From an uncultured Bdellovibrionales bacterium (GTDB lineage Bacteria; Patescibacteriota; Minisyncoccia; Moranbacterales; UBA1568): a stretch of DNA of 48,292 bases. The stretch is taken from the NCBI GenBank assembly GCA_964508015.1, contig CAZDRG010000001.1:1-48292 (forward strand), given 5' to 3'. The position numbers were made by a program, and so were the translations under genes. A model generated the notes under the pieces. It worked only from the letters and a program-made list of their open reading frames with translations, searched no databases and was not told the origin of the DNA. This document shows positions 19,454 through 28,583 of the stretch, in pieces (within the stretch, counting starts at the first letter, position 1; every line of letters begins with the position of its first letter).

Positions 19454-19482
19454 ATTGTAGGCAAAAATGAGCGTCTTGTCTA
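19454..19482 (-). promoter_or_regulatory. candidate promoter TAGACA-N17-TACAAT driving the hairpin RNA and tRNA-Val
   Basis: - strand reads tagaca agacgctcatttttgcc tacaat, about 30 nt upstream of the hairpin element. Confidence 0.45.
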
Positions 19483-19513
19483 GCACAAAGCAGATCCCCG
19501 TCTCGCCGTGAAA

Positions 19514-19543
19514 CTTGCTCCCAATCGCGGATGAACTCAGAAC
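19514..19543 (-). repeat. 30-nt intergenic element, copy A
   Basis: - strand GTTCTGAGTTCATCCGCGATTGGGAGCAAG. It shares GTTCT.A......T.C.......GGAGCA with copies at 42065, 42569, 43254 and 43983. Confidence 0.6.
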
Positions 19544-19600
19544 TATTTAGTGGGGAAATATCAGGAAAATGATTGGGGAAATAATGATGGTTTTGGAATA

Positions 19601-19643
19601 AAAAAGTAAAAGACCCGGGAGAAGCAGTCTTCTACTCCCGGGC
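19601..19643 (-). terminator. rho-independent terminator of 19690..20190
   Basis: cccgggag / ctcccggg forms an 8-bp stem followed by a T-run on the - strand. Confidence 0.65.
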
Positions 19644-19689
19644 CTCACGAATAGTCTCGTCCACCATCTCCCCATCAGGCCGACACCGA

Positions 19690-20190
19690 TCATGCTGCGT
19701 AACGGTTATCCGCGATCCATTTCACCAGTTCTTCATCCGAGAACTCATCATCACCATTGCTACCAATCGCTGATCGTATTCGACGTCTTGGTAGCTCAGT
19801 CAACCCGTCACCTACACGGTATCTGTGCGTGAAGCCACGACCGTTAACATCGATGAGAGAGAAATTTCGCGCTGAATGAGACAGCCACACCCTTCCTTCA
19901 TCATGATAAGTATAGATCACAGCGAGGAATCGCTTCTCTTGTTCAGTATTAGTTATCAAGAATGGGAAAAGGGCGAACACGCTCACGCCCATACATATGT
20001 TTACCCTGCGTACGTTGCCATCCTTTACCGAGCCGGCAGTGTCCACTGTAAATTTTTCCGCCGCAAACAGTTGAGCGCCGAGTTGCACGCATTGTTCCCT
20101 CGTGATGTTGTTATCCATGTTGTCCACGATTACGCGCGAATCAGCGTCCATGGTGTATCCAGATAGCCACTCTCTTACGCTTGTCACCAT
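19690..20190 (-). CDS. G+C-richer hypothetical protein (166 aa)
   Basis: Start moved to MVTSVREW (GAGGAG Shine-Dalgarno upstream). It has its own promoter-like TTGACT-N17-TAATCT at 20307..20335 and its own terminator. No family recognised. Confidence 0.55.
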   Translation of the reverse strand: MVTSVREWLSGYTMDADSRVIVDNMDNNITREQCVQLGAQLFAAEKFTVDTAGSVKDGNVRRVNICMGVSVFALFPFLITNTEQEKRFLAVIYTYHDEGRVWLSHSARNFSLIDVNGRGFTHRYRVGDGLTELPRRRIRSAIGSNGDDEFSDEELVKWIADNRYAA

Positions 20191-20400
20191 GATCAGTCTC
20201 TCCTCTTTTTTTAACGACACAAAAACTGGCAATCAAATAATTCATACATTTTGAACTATTCAACGGCCAACCAATTCACATTATTTTGTTAATGTACTGA
20301 CTGAAAAGATTATCAAGTAATATGATAAAAGTCAAAACTACAGAGAAAAAAGGCTAATACAGGCCTCTCATTTAGCTGCTCTCTTCAGCGCAGGCCTTCA

Positions 20401-20733
20401 TTAACCTCGTCGTTTCTTTGGCTTCGGGAATGGAAGAGCTGCCTCAGTAATACGGATCAGTTGCTCGAACCACTCTCGATCTTCCATCATATCTTCATCG
20501 ATGCAGATTGACGGACGAGCACCCGGGTAGGCAATTCCTTCTTTATACTGCTTTCCGACCCATTCGCGACCCGACTCGGTGATTTTGACAAAAAGTGTAT
20601 TATCACAAACAAGCGCCACGACCTTATCTCCACAGTACAGTGCGTACTCACCAAACATCTTGCGCGAATGAATACTAGGGATACCAGACAGCTGATCTTC
20701 AATGTACTCAATAGTCGATTGTGCTGTAGCCAT
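20401..20733 (-). CDS. TfoX N-terminal domain protein
   Basis: 110 aa with RKMFGEYALYCGDKVVALVCDNTLFVK, the typical TfoX_N pattern. Confidence 0.7.
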   Translation of the reverse strand: MATAQSTIEYIEDQLSGIPSIHSRKMFGEYALYCGDKVVALVCDNTLFVKITESGREWVGKQYKEGIAYPGARPSICIDEDMMEDREWFEQLIRITEAALPFPKPKKRRG

Positions 20734-20805
20734 ACAGAAACGGTCTTATTCGATTTTTCTCGGTTCTTTCCTCAATCAGATGAAGCATCGGTGACACGAT
20801 ACTCA

Positions 20806-21456
20806 TTATTTTGGCAACTTGAGCACATTGACTACCAGACCATTGATAACGAAATTATCCTCATCGGTCAGAAAAATCGGCTGATGTTTCTTATCGGTTG
20901 ACTCTGGTATCAACGCAATAGTCTTGCCATCCACGGTCCGATAGGTCTTTACTGTGGCGAGTCCATCAATAACGACTAAGACACGGTCATTATTCTTATA
21001 TTCTTTCACTCCGCCATCTACCAGCACAAAATCGCCACTCTCTATTGTTTTGCTATTCACCACTGCTTTATTCATGGAGGTTCCGTTCACCTGCACCGCA
21101 AAGATATCCCGATCTTTCACTAAGCGCTTGGATACTCGAAGGTATCCCTCAACATACTGATCAGCAAACATTGCTGCCGCCCCAGCACTCGCCGAACCAA
21201 AAACCGGAACCTGCACAAAATTGTCACTCGTCACTCCCTTGAGCAAAATTCCCCGATCCTCTGAAGTCCGCTCGATATACCCTTTCTCTTCTAAAGCGTT
21301 CAGGTAGAGAAAAAAACTCCGTACACTTTTCAAATGTAAACCTAGGCGAGAACTTTCGTCCTTGATTTCGCGCACCGTCGGCATCTGACCATGCTCGGCG
21401 AAAAACTGCTTAATGGCCTGCAGCACAATCTTCTGCTTCTGTGTTAAAATTTCCAT
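20806..21456 (-). CDS. lexA: LexA repressor
   Basis: N-terminal wHTH (LTQKQKIVLQAIKQF..PTVREI), an AG cleavage region (SASAGAAAM), the Ser nucleophile in VNGTSMN and a Lys in ATVKTY. Confidence 0.85.
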   Translation of the reverse strand: MEILTQKQKIVLQAIKQFFAEHGQMPTVREIKDESSRLGLHLKSVRSFFLYLNALEEKGYIERTSEDRGILLKGVTSDNFVQVPVFGSASAGAAAMFADQYVEGYLRVSKRLVKDRDIFAVQVNGTSMNKAVVNSKTIESGDFVLVDGGVKEYKNNDRVLVVIDGLATVKTYRTVDGKTIALIPESTDKKHQPIFLTDEDNFVINGLVVNVLKLPK

Positions 21457-21601
21457 AGTCTTTTCTGTGTTTACCTAACTTACACTATCATATACATAGT
21501 CTAAGAGTTTTTTGGAAATGCGTCAAATATGTTCTCTGTTACCAGAAAATATGCCTGTTCTCCTGATAAATCTCGCAATGAAACAGGTAGTAAATATCCC
21601 G

Positions 21602-22210
21602 TTATTTTTTCTGTAATTCAAAAATTGCCAAACAGCGAGTGCAAGTTCCGTGCTCTCCGAGCTCAAACAACCCGACAAGATCCGAGACAAAAGAAAAATT
21701 CTGAGGCTTCATATCAGTCACTTTCTCTGGATTAGGTTCTGCTAATCGCGAAAAAGTCAGGTGCGGATCGAAGAGGGTATCCACTGCATGCCAGCCATAC
21801 TCACTCGCATTCGTTTGTTGTTCTGGAGACCATTCTTTGTTCTTCTCCTTCTCTTCGATCTCCCTCGACCAAAAAGGCTTCAATGATTGAAGAACTGCTT
21901 GGTGTAGATTCAGCAATGATTCGCTTTTTTCATACCCCACATTTACGAAGCCACTCCTGGCTGAACGATACTCGCTCTGCTTGAGTGGCATCGGCTGAAT
22001 ACCAGCAAGAGTTTCCTGAAGTACTCGTATGACCCCCTCTACTTTTTCGGGATCAAGCGGTACATGATAGAGTGAGATGTGTGGATAGACATGCGTGCTA
22101 TCAAGTGTAAACATACCCCCATTTCCCTCGAACATTTGACTCATCTCTATTGCGTGAATACCGACCACTTCAGACGGAATCAGAGCAACATTATATTTCT
22201 GGTATGCCAT
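21602..22210 (-). CDS. 2H phosphoesterase (LigT-like) family protein
   Basis: Two H-x-S/T-x motifs (HISLY, HLTFS). Start moved to MAYQKY. Confidence 0.6.
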   Translation of the reverse strand: MAYQKYNVALIPSEVVGIHAIEMSQMFEGNGGMFTLDSTHVYPHISLYHVPLDPEKVEGVIRVLQETLAGIQPMPLKQSEYRSARSGFVNVGYEKSESLLNLHQAVLQSLKPFWSREIEEKEKNKEWSPEQQTNASEYGWHAVDTLFDPHLTFSRLAEPNPEKVTDMKPQNFSFVSDLVGLFELGEHGTCTRCLAIFELQKK

Positions 22211-22310
22211 ACGGTTTGCTTTATTAATCGGGATAAAAACAGCTCTCAATCATTACGAATCTCACTCTCAATACTCTAACACCCAGTGTTCCTCCTCGCA
22301 ACAATATCAA

Positions 22311-22952
22311 ATGAGCTTAACCAGACTATCAAAAAAGGCTCGATCATGCTACTGTTTATCACATATGAACGACTTGGGAATCAAAACTGCACACGCTTAC
22401 CCGGCATTTGAAGAAACAAATCGCTACGCGATAGAAATCGCCGTGAATAATTACGACGATATTTTCAATGAATGGGATCGAGCACCCTTTGAACGTCGAG
22501 GATTAGACCCTGAACTCCAGTGCTTTCTCGAAGAGTGTTCCCGCGATATCGCTCTTGCTCACCCGCTTGCGATTGTTTTCTACATGCCCACCAGTGAACA
22601 CGATACCAAAAAAGAAACACTCTGTGCCGCTGGCATACGCAATCAATTTGCTCTTAAGATTCACGTCCTCAATAAAGAACTGCATGGAGTCATGATCGGA
22701 GTATTGCGGAATTTTCTGATCGGTATCAGTTTTCTATTTATCTCTTTTCTTTACGCAGAAACTCTTAATACGACTCTTTCTTTGCAGGTTCTTGGCGCCG
22801 GTCTTTCTATCGGTGGTTGGGTTTTCATTTGGGAAGCGCTTGCAACCATTGGATTTAAGAATCGATTGCTGCATCATACCATCAAAGAATGGGGGCGCTT
22901 CCTGGATGCGCCTATCGTCTTCAAGAAAGAACCACTCCCAGAACAAAGCTGA
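22311..22952 (+). CDS. hypothetical membrane protein
   Basis: 213-aa ORF with two C-terminal TM helices. The start could instead be M19 (22365). Followed by a strong hairpin. Confidence 0.5.
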   Translation: MSLTRLSKKARSCYCLSHMNDLGIKTAHAYPAFEETNRYAIEIAVNNYDDIFNEWDRAPFERRGLDPELQCFLEECSRDIALAHPLAIVFYMPTSEHDTKKETLCAAGIRNQFALKIHVLNKELHGVMIGVLRNFLIGISFLFISFLYAETLNTTLSLQVLGAGLSIGGWVFIWEALATIGFKNRLLHHTIKEWGRFLDAPIVFKKEPLPEQS

Positions 22953-22973
22953 ATACCATCCTCCTCCAACTAA

Positions 22974-23005
22974 AAACCTCACCTATAGATAGAGTGAGGT
23001 TTTTT
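22974..23005. terminator. bidirectional terminator (22311 gene / lysS)
   Basis: aaacctcac-N11-gtgaggttt with flanking A and T runs. Confidence 0.65.
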
Positions 23006-23025
23006 AATGAAGAGAAATCCACCGT

Positions 23026-24519
23026 TTACTTTTGGCGGGCATTTTCATGGTTCTCCATCTTTGATACTGATCGAGTAGGTGGAAAAATAACTGTTTCCCG
23101 GACGGAGCGATTCAACAAGATTGCAAACAAACGCTCACTCATTCCGAATCCACAGGCTGGAGGCATACCATACTCAAGAGCTTCAAGAAAATCTTCATCA
23201 AGCATCATGCCTTCGGTATCACCCGCTGCGCGAAGCCGCATTTGATCTTCAAAACGCTTCCGCTGATCGGCTGGGTCATTGAGTTCCGCGAAACCATTCC
23301 CAAGTTCGCTCGTCGCAGCAATCGGCTGAAATCGCAAGGCGCGCCTCGGATTTTCGGGATCAACCTTAGAAAGAGGAGAGACCAAGAGCGGATGTCCCAC
23401 CAAAAAGCACGGTTGAATGAGTCGTTTACGCACGGTTTTCTTGTAGATTGTATCAATGAGACGTCCCTCTCCCGCTGCCCGTTCATACTGAATACCCAGT
23501 TCGTCAGCTTTGGCACGCAATATCTCAACCGAAACATCACCCGAGAGATCAATGCCTGTTTCCTTCTGAAATTCTTCGAAATAATCAATCCGAGCAAACG
23601 GCTTACTCCAATCAATCGTCACACCTTCGTATTCAGTGATGAGAGACTCCCCAGCCACTGCTCGTACGATATCTCGGTATAACTCTTCAGTGAGCGCCAT
23701 GCCACCTTCCATGTCCATAAATGCAGCATACCACTCCATATGATCAAATTCTTGCAAGTGTTCTCGATCGATGCCCTCATTGCGAAAAACCCGACCAATC
23801 TCAAACACTCGCTCGTAACCGCCTACTAACAGTCGCTTCAGCGAGAGTTCGAGAGATATCCGAAGGAAAAAGTCCTGATTCAAAGCATGATGATGCGTAA
23901 CAAACGGCTCCGCCTCTGCCCCGCCAGGAATATGTTCAAGAACCGGTGTCTGGACTTCAAGGTAACCACGTGCTGCCAAAAAAGTTCGGGTCGTCTGCCA
24001 AAAAATATTTTTCTTCACAAAAATATCTTTCGTCTCAGGATTGGCAAGCAAGTCAAGATAACGACGACGAAGTCGCTCTTCTTCATCCTGCAGACCGAAA
24101 TGCTCGGTCGGAATGGGTCGCATCGATTTACTCAAGATACACCATGAAGCCACATCGAGAGTCTTCTCTTCTTTCTTCGTCAAAAAAACAGTCCCACTCG
24201 CTTCGACAAAATCGCCAATTTCAATAGTCTCGGCAAATAGTTTCAAGGCTTCTATCCCAGTTGTTTGTTCTGAAAGAAAGAGTTGGAATTTCCCACTCCC
24301 ATCCTCGATGTGAGCAAAACCAATCTTTCCCATCATACGAAGAGAGCGGACACGCCCAGCGATAACCACTGTTTTCTTAGAAAGCGCCAATTCATCAAAA
24401 TGAATAAGGAGCTCTGCGTGATTCGTTGTCCTCTTCGTCTTTTCTGGGTAGGCTGTACCGAAGGCTTCATGCAGACGGGCTAATTTCTCTTGCTTGGTAA
24501 TCAGGATATCTTCACGCAT
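23026..24519 (-). CDS. lysS: lysine--tRNA ligase (class II)
   Basis: 497 aa with an OB-fold N-domain, then RVFEIGRVFRNEGIDREHLQEF and C-terminal class II motifs. Confidence 0.9.
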   Translation of the reverse strand: MREDILITKQEKLARLHEAFGTAYPEKTKRTTNHAELLIHFDELALSKKTVVIAGRVRSLRMMGKIGFAHIEDGSGKFQLFLSEQTTGIEALKLFAETIEIGDFVEASGTVFLTKKEEKTLDVASWCILSKSMRPIPTEHFGLQDEEERLRRRYLDLLANPETKDIFVKKNIFWQTTRTFLAARGYLEVQTPVLEHIPGGAEAEPFVTHHHALNQDFFLRISLELSLKRLLVGGYERVFEIGRVFRNEGIDREHLQEFDHMEWYAAFMDMEGGMALTEELYRDIVRAVAGESLITEYEGVTIDWSKPFARIDYFEEFQKETGIDLSGDVSVEILRAKADELGIQYERAAGEGRLIDTIYKKTVRKRLIQPCFLVGHPLLVSPLSKVDPENPRRALRFQPIAATSELGNGFAELNDPADQRKRFEDQMRLRAAGDTEGMMLDEDFLEALEYGMPPACGFGMSERLFAILLNRSVRETVIFPPTRSVSKMENHENARQK

Positions 24520-24584
24520 ACGGGATTCATTAAATTCAACAGTCTTCTTGTACTCTACCGATTTTTTCTCTTTCAGGCAAGAAA

Positions 24585-24608
24585 AAGCCGCCCAAAATCA
24601 GGCGGCTT
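24585..24608 (-). terminator. terminator after greA
   Basis: aagccgcc-N8-ggcggctt with a T-run on the - strand. Confidence 0.6.
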
Positions 24609-24630
24609 GATCAAGGAAATTTTGATACGA

Positions 24631-25086
24631 CTACTTTACCTCAAGGATTTCGTATTTAACCTTACCAGCCGGGGCCTGAACCTCTACCTTGTCACCCTTT
24701 TGCTGCCCCATAAAAGCTTTGCCAAGTGGAGACTCGTTGGATATTTTTCCTCGCGCTGGATCAACCTCATTAGAACCGACAATTTCAAAAGAAAGTTCTT
24801 TATTCCCAAGCTTGACCGTCAACTTCGATCCCATGCTCACATCTGACCCTTTTACTTTAGTATCAGCCAAAACAGCGTCACGCAAAAGTGCCTCTAATTC
24901 CATTATGCGATTTTCGTTTTCGTCCTGTTGACGCTTTGCTTCACTGTACTCAGCGTTCTCTGACAAGTCGCCTTGTTCTTTCGCTTCTTTGATTGCTTGA
25001 GCGATAGCAATACGAGTTAAGCTTTTGCGTTCTTCAAGTTCAGTCTGAAGTTTTTTTAGCCCCTCCGCAGTATAAATTCTAGACAT
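24631..25086 (-). CDS. greA: transcription elongation factor GreA
   Basis: 151 aa with an N-terminal coiled coil (LQTELEE..AKEQGDLSENAEY) and a C-terminal FKBP-like domain. Confidence 0.9.
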   Translation of the reverse strand: MSRIYTAEGLKKLQTELEERKSLTRIAIAQAIKEAKEQGDLSENAEYSEAKRQQDENENRIMELEALLRDAVLADTKVKGSDVSMGSKLTVKLGNKELSFEIVGSNEVDPARGKISNESPLGKAFMGQQKGDKVEVQAPAGKVKYEILEVK

Positions 25087-25309
25087 GTTTTTCTCTTACA
25101 AAATAAATCGAGTCAACACTCTTCTCTGTTTTCTCTTTTTTACATCACATTATCATCATTTCGTTCACCCTTCGAAACGATGGAAGACTTTTGCGCAGAA
25201 AAACTGCGCGCAAGCACAGCTGTCCTCCTTGAAACGTATACATGTTAACAGACAGCACAGAAATGTCAACTCTCAAGAAATGCTCACTTCTTAAGCTTTT
25301 CTGAAGCCT

Positions 25310-27208
25310 CTAATGAGATTCCCTCTGACTCGTTTGATTTTCAAAATACCACTGATACACATCCTTGGTCACCGGGACAGCATTATATCCTTCTTCGCCT
25401 TGTCCCTCAACCAATACAATCAATGCAATCTCTGGGCCCTCGAAGGGAGCAAAAGATACAAACCATCCGTGAGTATCTTTTCCAGTACCAAATTGAGCCG
25501 TGCCTGTCTTTCCTGCTACAGGAACAGGTAAATCCTTGAGAGGTTGAGCGGTCCCCTCCGTGACTGTTTCTCTCATTCCCTCGCGTACGATTTTAAGTAT
25601 ATTGGCATCAATAAAGTCTTTCCGTACAATGGGTGATTCGATTGAGGACAATTTACCAGAAATATCCCGAGTGTTTGAGACCAGGCGTGGCTCTCTCAGG
25701 ATTCCACCATTACTAATCGTTGCGATCGAATTCAAAACTTGTAGCGGAGTGGCCGTCACGAATCCCTGGCCGATCGCTGCATGGTAATCATCACCAATAT
25801 ACCAACGTTCCCCAAAACGATTTTGCTTCCAATCAGGATCGGGCAAAAATCCACTCGCCTCCCCCGGAATATCAATACCCGTCTTTTTCCCATACCCAAA
25901 AAATTCTTCGTATGCTTTCATTCTTTTCATACCAAGACCTGGAATACCCCCATACCCACCACCGACTGAATAAAAATACACATCGCTCGAAACAGCAATG
26001 GCACGACGAATATCGGTAAAGCCATGCGCCTTCCAATCGCCAAAAAAGAATTTTCCGATATTGATACCTCCACGACTTTCGATTTCTGTATGTTCATTTA
26101 CCACTCCTTCTGCTAAAGCCGCAGCAGCAATAACTGGCTTCAGAGTAGATCCAGGAGGATATTCGCCGTTTACCGCACGATTAAAAAGTGGTCGAGCATC
26201 ATCTCCCAAAAGTTCTTCGTAGTGCTTCTGACCAATACCCCCCGAGAAAAGATTATTATCGTAGCTTGGGAGGCTGACTAAAGCAAGGATTCCCCCGGTC
26301 TGTGGATTCATCGCGATTGCAGCAGCTCGTTTCAACTTCTTCGTTTCCAGTAACGTACTCAGACTGTCAAATAACTTCTTTTGCAATCCCGCATCAACAT
26401 GCAGAATAATATCATTTCCAGGAATTGGCTGACTGATTCCAAGATCTTTCTTCACCTTCCCAAGCGCATCTACTTCAACCCGTTGCGTTCCGCTGCGTCC
26501 ACGCAAAAAAGTCTCGTATGCTCTCTCTATACCCTCTTTTCCAAGCGTGTCTGAAGAACCGTATTCTGGATACAGGGCCAGCTCTTCTTGTTTAATTCTC
26601 CCCTCATACCCAATAATATGTGAAAAAATGAGCCCATCTTTATATTCACGCTTCGCAGATTGCGCTATCACTACTCCAGGGAAATCTGATTTTCTACTCA
26701 GAAACAGAAGCATTTCTTCTTGAGTCAGACCAGACTTGAGAAGAACGGGCGATGCTGTATTTCTTAAGGATCCATAAACAATTGCGGACGTCTGTGCGTC
26801 AATATCGAAAGTGCTTGAAAGAAGCTCTTGTTGCCGCGCTCTGATATCTTCTTCGCGTGGAAGATCCGACGGGATAGCAACGAGATCAAGTGTCGGAATG
26901 TTTTGCACCAATGCCTGTCCAGCACGATCATAAATAATCCCACGCGGAGCGGAGATAGACAGTGTTCGTAGGCTATTACGCTCTGCCATACTTTGATACT
27001 TTTCTCCTTGCACAGTATTAAGGGTAAAAACCCTTCCTGCCAAAATCATTAAAACGAGTACGGAAATCCACCAGATAACTCGAAACCATCCCTTCGACAG
27101 TGGCCATTCCAGACGTGCCGCTTCCTCTTCGGTGATAGTGAGCACCGCATCGTCGATTTCGCGACCATGGCGGGATGGGTGGACCAAGTTTCGAATAAAA
27201 AGTTTCAT
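25310..27208 (-). CDS. mrdA: penicillin-binding protein 2 (elongasome transpeptidase)
   Basis: 632 aa with a TM anchor, STLKP (SxxK), SSD and KTGTA motifs. Lies directly downstream of mreBCD. Confidence 0.85.
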   Translation of the reverse strand: MKLFIRNLVHPSRHGREIDDAVLTITEEEAARLEWPLSKGWFRVIWWISVLVLMILAGRVFTLNTVQGEKYQSMAERNSLRTLSISAPRGIIYDRAGQALVQNIPTLDLVAIPSDLPREEDIRARQQELLSSTFDIDAQTSAIVYGSLRNTASPVLLKSGLTQEEMLLFLSRKSDFPGVVIAQSAKREYKDGLIFSHIIGYEGRIKQEELALYPEYGSSDTLGKEGIERAYETFLRGRSGTQRVEVDALGKVKKDLGISQPIPGNDIILHVDAGLQKKLFDSLSTLLETKKLKRAAAIAMNPQTGGILALVSLPSYDNNLFSGGIGQKHYEELLGDDARPLFNRAVNGEYPPGSTLKPVIAAAALAEGVVNEHTEIESRGGINIGKFFFGDWKAHGFTDIRRAIAVSSDVYFYSVGGGYGGIPGLGMKRMKAYEEFFGYGKKTGIDIPGEASGFLPDPDWKQNRFGERWYIGDDYHAAIGQGFVTATPLQVLNSIATISNGGILREPRLVSNTRDISGKLSSIESPIVRKDFIDANILKIVREGMRETVTEGTAQPLKDLPVPVAGKTGTAQFGTGKDTHGWFVSFAPFEGPEIALIVLVEGQGEEGYNAVPVTKDVYQWYFENQTSQRESH

Positions 27209-27216
27209 GTGGTGCT

Positions 27217-27732
27217 TTATTTTATCGCAAACTGCGCCTCTTGTCTGAGTGTACGAATAACTGACTCAAACCATCTAAGCAAAGGTGCCAAGAGAAAAAA
27301 GAGAGAGAAAGCCAACAGAGAGTCTGATAGCATGCTCCAAAAAGGATAACTCTCTTTTGTTATTCCAATCACCAATTGATTAAAAAAAACATACCCGCCC
27401 GCTGCTCCGCCTGCAAAAATCGCCAGGATAAAAAAACCGAGCCCGCTCCTCTCGCCCAGCAGTGTCCGCTTCATAAAAAAACTCACTGCATAGGCTACCA
27501 AAACAAAATACAATGATGCGAATTGAATGGAACCAAATAAAATGCTATCACAGATAACTACGACAGAAAGAAGCGGAAGCAATACCGCGGGGAAACCAAG
27601 AAGCGCCGTCCAAACTACTGCCACTACCACGAGTGCGATAGGTGTCGACACTCCTGAAAAAAATACCGGTACTATGGCAATATGTAACACAACGACACTG
27701 AATATACTCACAAATCGTACCCAAGTACTCAT
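27217..27732 (-). CDS. mreD: rod shape-determining protein MreD
   Basis: 171-aa polytopic protein between mreC and PBP2, overlapping the mreC stop by 4 nt. Confidence 0.65.
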   Translation of the reverse strand: MSTWVRFVSIFSVVVLHIAIVPVFFSGVSTPIALVVVAVVWTALLGFPAVLLPLLSVVVICDSILFGSIQFASLYFVLVAYAVSFFMKRTLLGERSGLGFFILAIFAGGAAGGYVFFNQLVIGITKESYPFWSMLSDSLLAFSLFFLLAPLLRWFESVIRTLRQEAQFAIK

Positions 27733-28547
27733 GGCTTTGATTTTAGAATAACAGACACAAAACGGATATCGGTGTATTTTATTGGGGCAATTACTGGAGC
27801 CCGTTGGAACAGTTTATCCGGAGTATATTCTGGATCTTGAAGCGTCCCTACAAGCAGTCCTCGTGGGAACTCCCCCCCCAAGCCTGATGTCACAATAGTG
27901 TCGCCACGCTTAAAAACATCCGTACGAGGAACCATATCAAACAAAAGTCCTAAACCATGTTCTCCACGAACAATTCCCTTAGCCGAACCATCGGGTGTGG
28001 TCATAGCCACCATACTTTCCGGATTTGAAAGTAGGTCGACTCGGGCACTTCCGACAAACACCTCTGTAATCTTCCCAACGAGAATACCTTTTCCCACAAT
28101 CACTGGCATACCCGTCTCTACATAAGCACCACTCCCCTGATTGATAATCAGCGATTGTCCTTGCATGAGTCCGCTTAGCCCAATAACTTCAGCAGCCACA
28201 AGTTGATATTGATTTCGTAAGTCGAGATCGAAGTCTCTTCGAAGTGTTTCGTTTTCATGACGTACTTCTTTTAAGAGTGCCTCTTCAGCCCGTAAATCAA
28301 GATTCTCTCGGAGAAGTTCTTCATTTCTTGTCTTCAGCTCGCCAATCGAAGAAAGAAATCGTACGGTCTCTCGTGATTCAAAAGCGACATATGAAAACAA
28401 TCTCTCAAATGGGAAAAAAAGAATCTGCGTAACCGCCGCAATCGGTTTTACAGCAAACGCCGGATTCCACCAGGCCAAAAATCCCAGTATACACAGAGCC
28501 AGAAGTGCTTTTGACAGCTTTGTCTGAAAAAATAGTTTTCTGACCAT
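27729..28547 (-). CDS. mreC: rod shape-determining protein MreC
   Basis: 272 aa with a TM anchor, a coiled coil (ELKTRNEELLRENLDLR) and beta-barrel domains with G..V.T.G..G.FP.G..VG. Confidence 0.8.
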   Translation of the reverse strand: MVRKLFFQTKLSKALLALCILGFLAWWNPAFAVKPIAAVTQILFFPFERLFSYVAFESRETVRFLSSIGELKTRNEELLRENLDLRAEEALLKEVRHENETLRRDFDLDLRNQYQLVAAEVIGLSGLMQGQSLIINQGSGAYVETGMPVIVGKGILVGKITEVFVGSARVDLLSNPESMVAMTTPDGSAKGIVRGEHGLGLLFDMVPRTDVFKRGDTIVTSGLGGEFPRGLLVGTLQDPEYTPDKLFQRAPVIAPIKYTDIRFVSVILKSKP

Positions 28548-28583
28548 TTGTTTTGAGTCTCTATATAACGAGATAAATCATGC

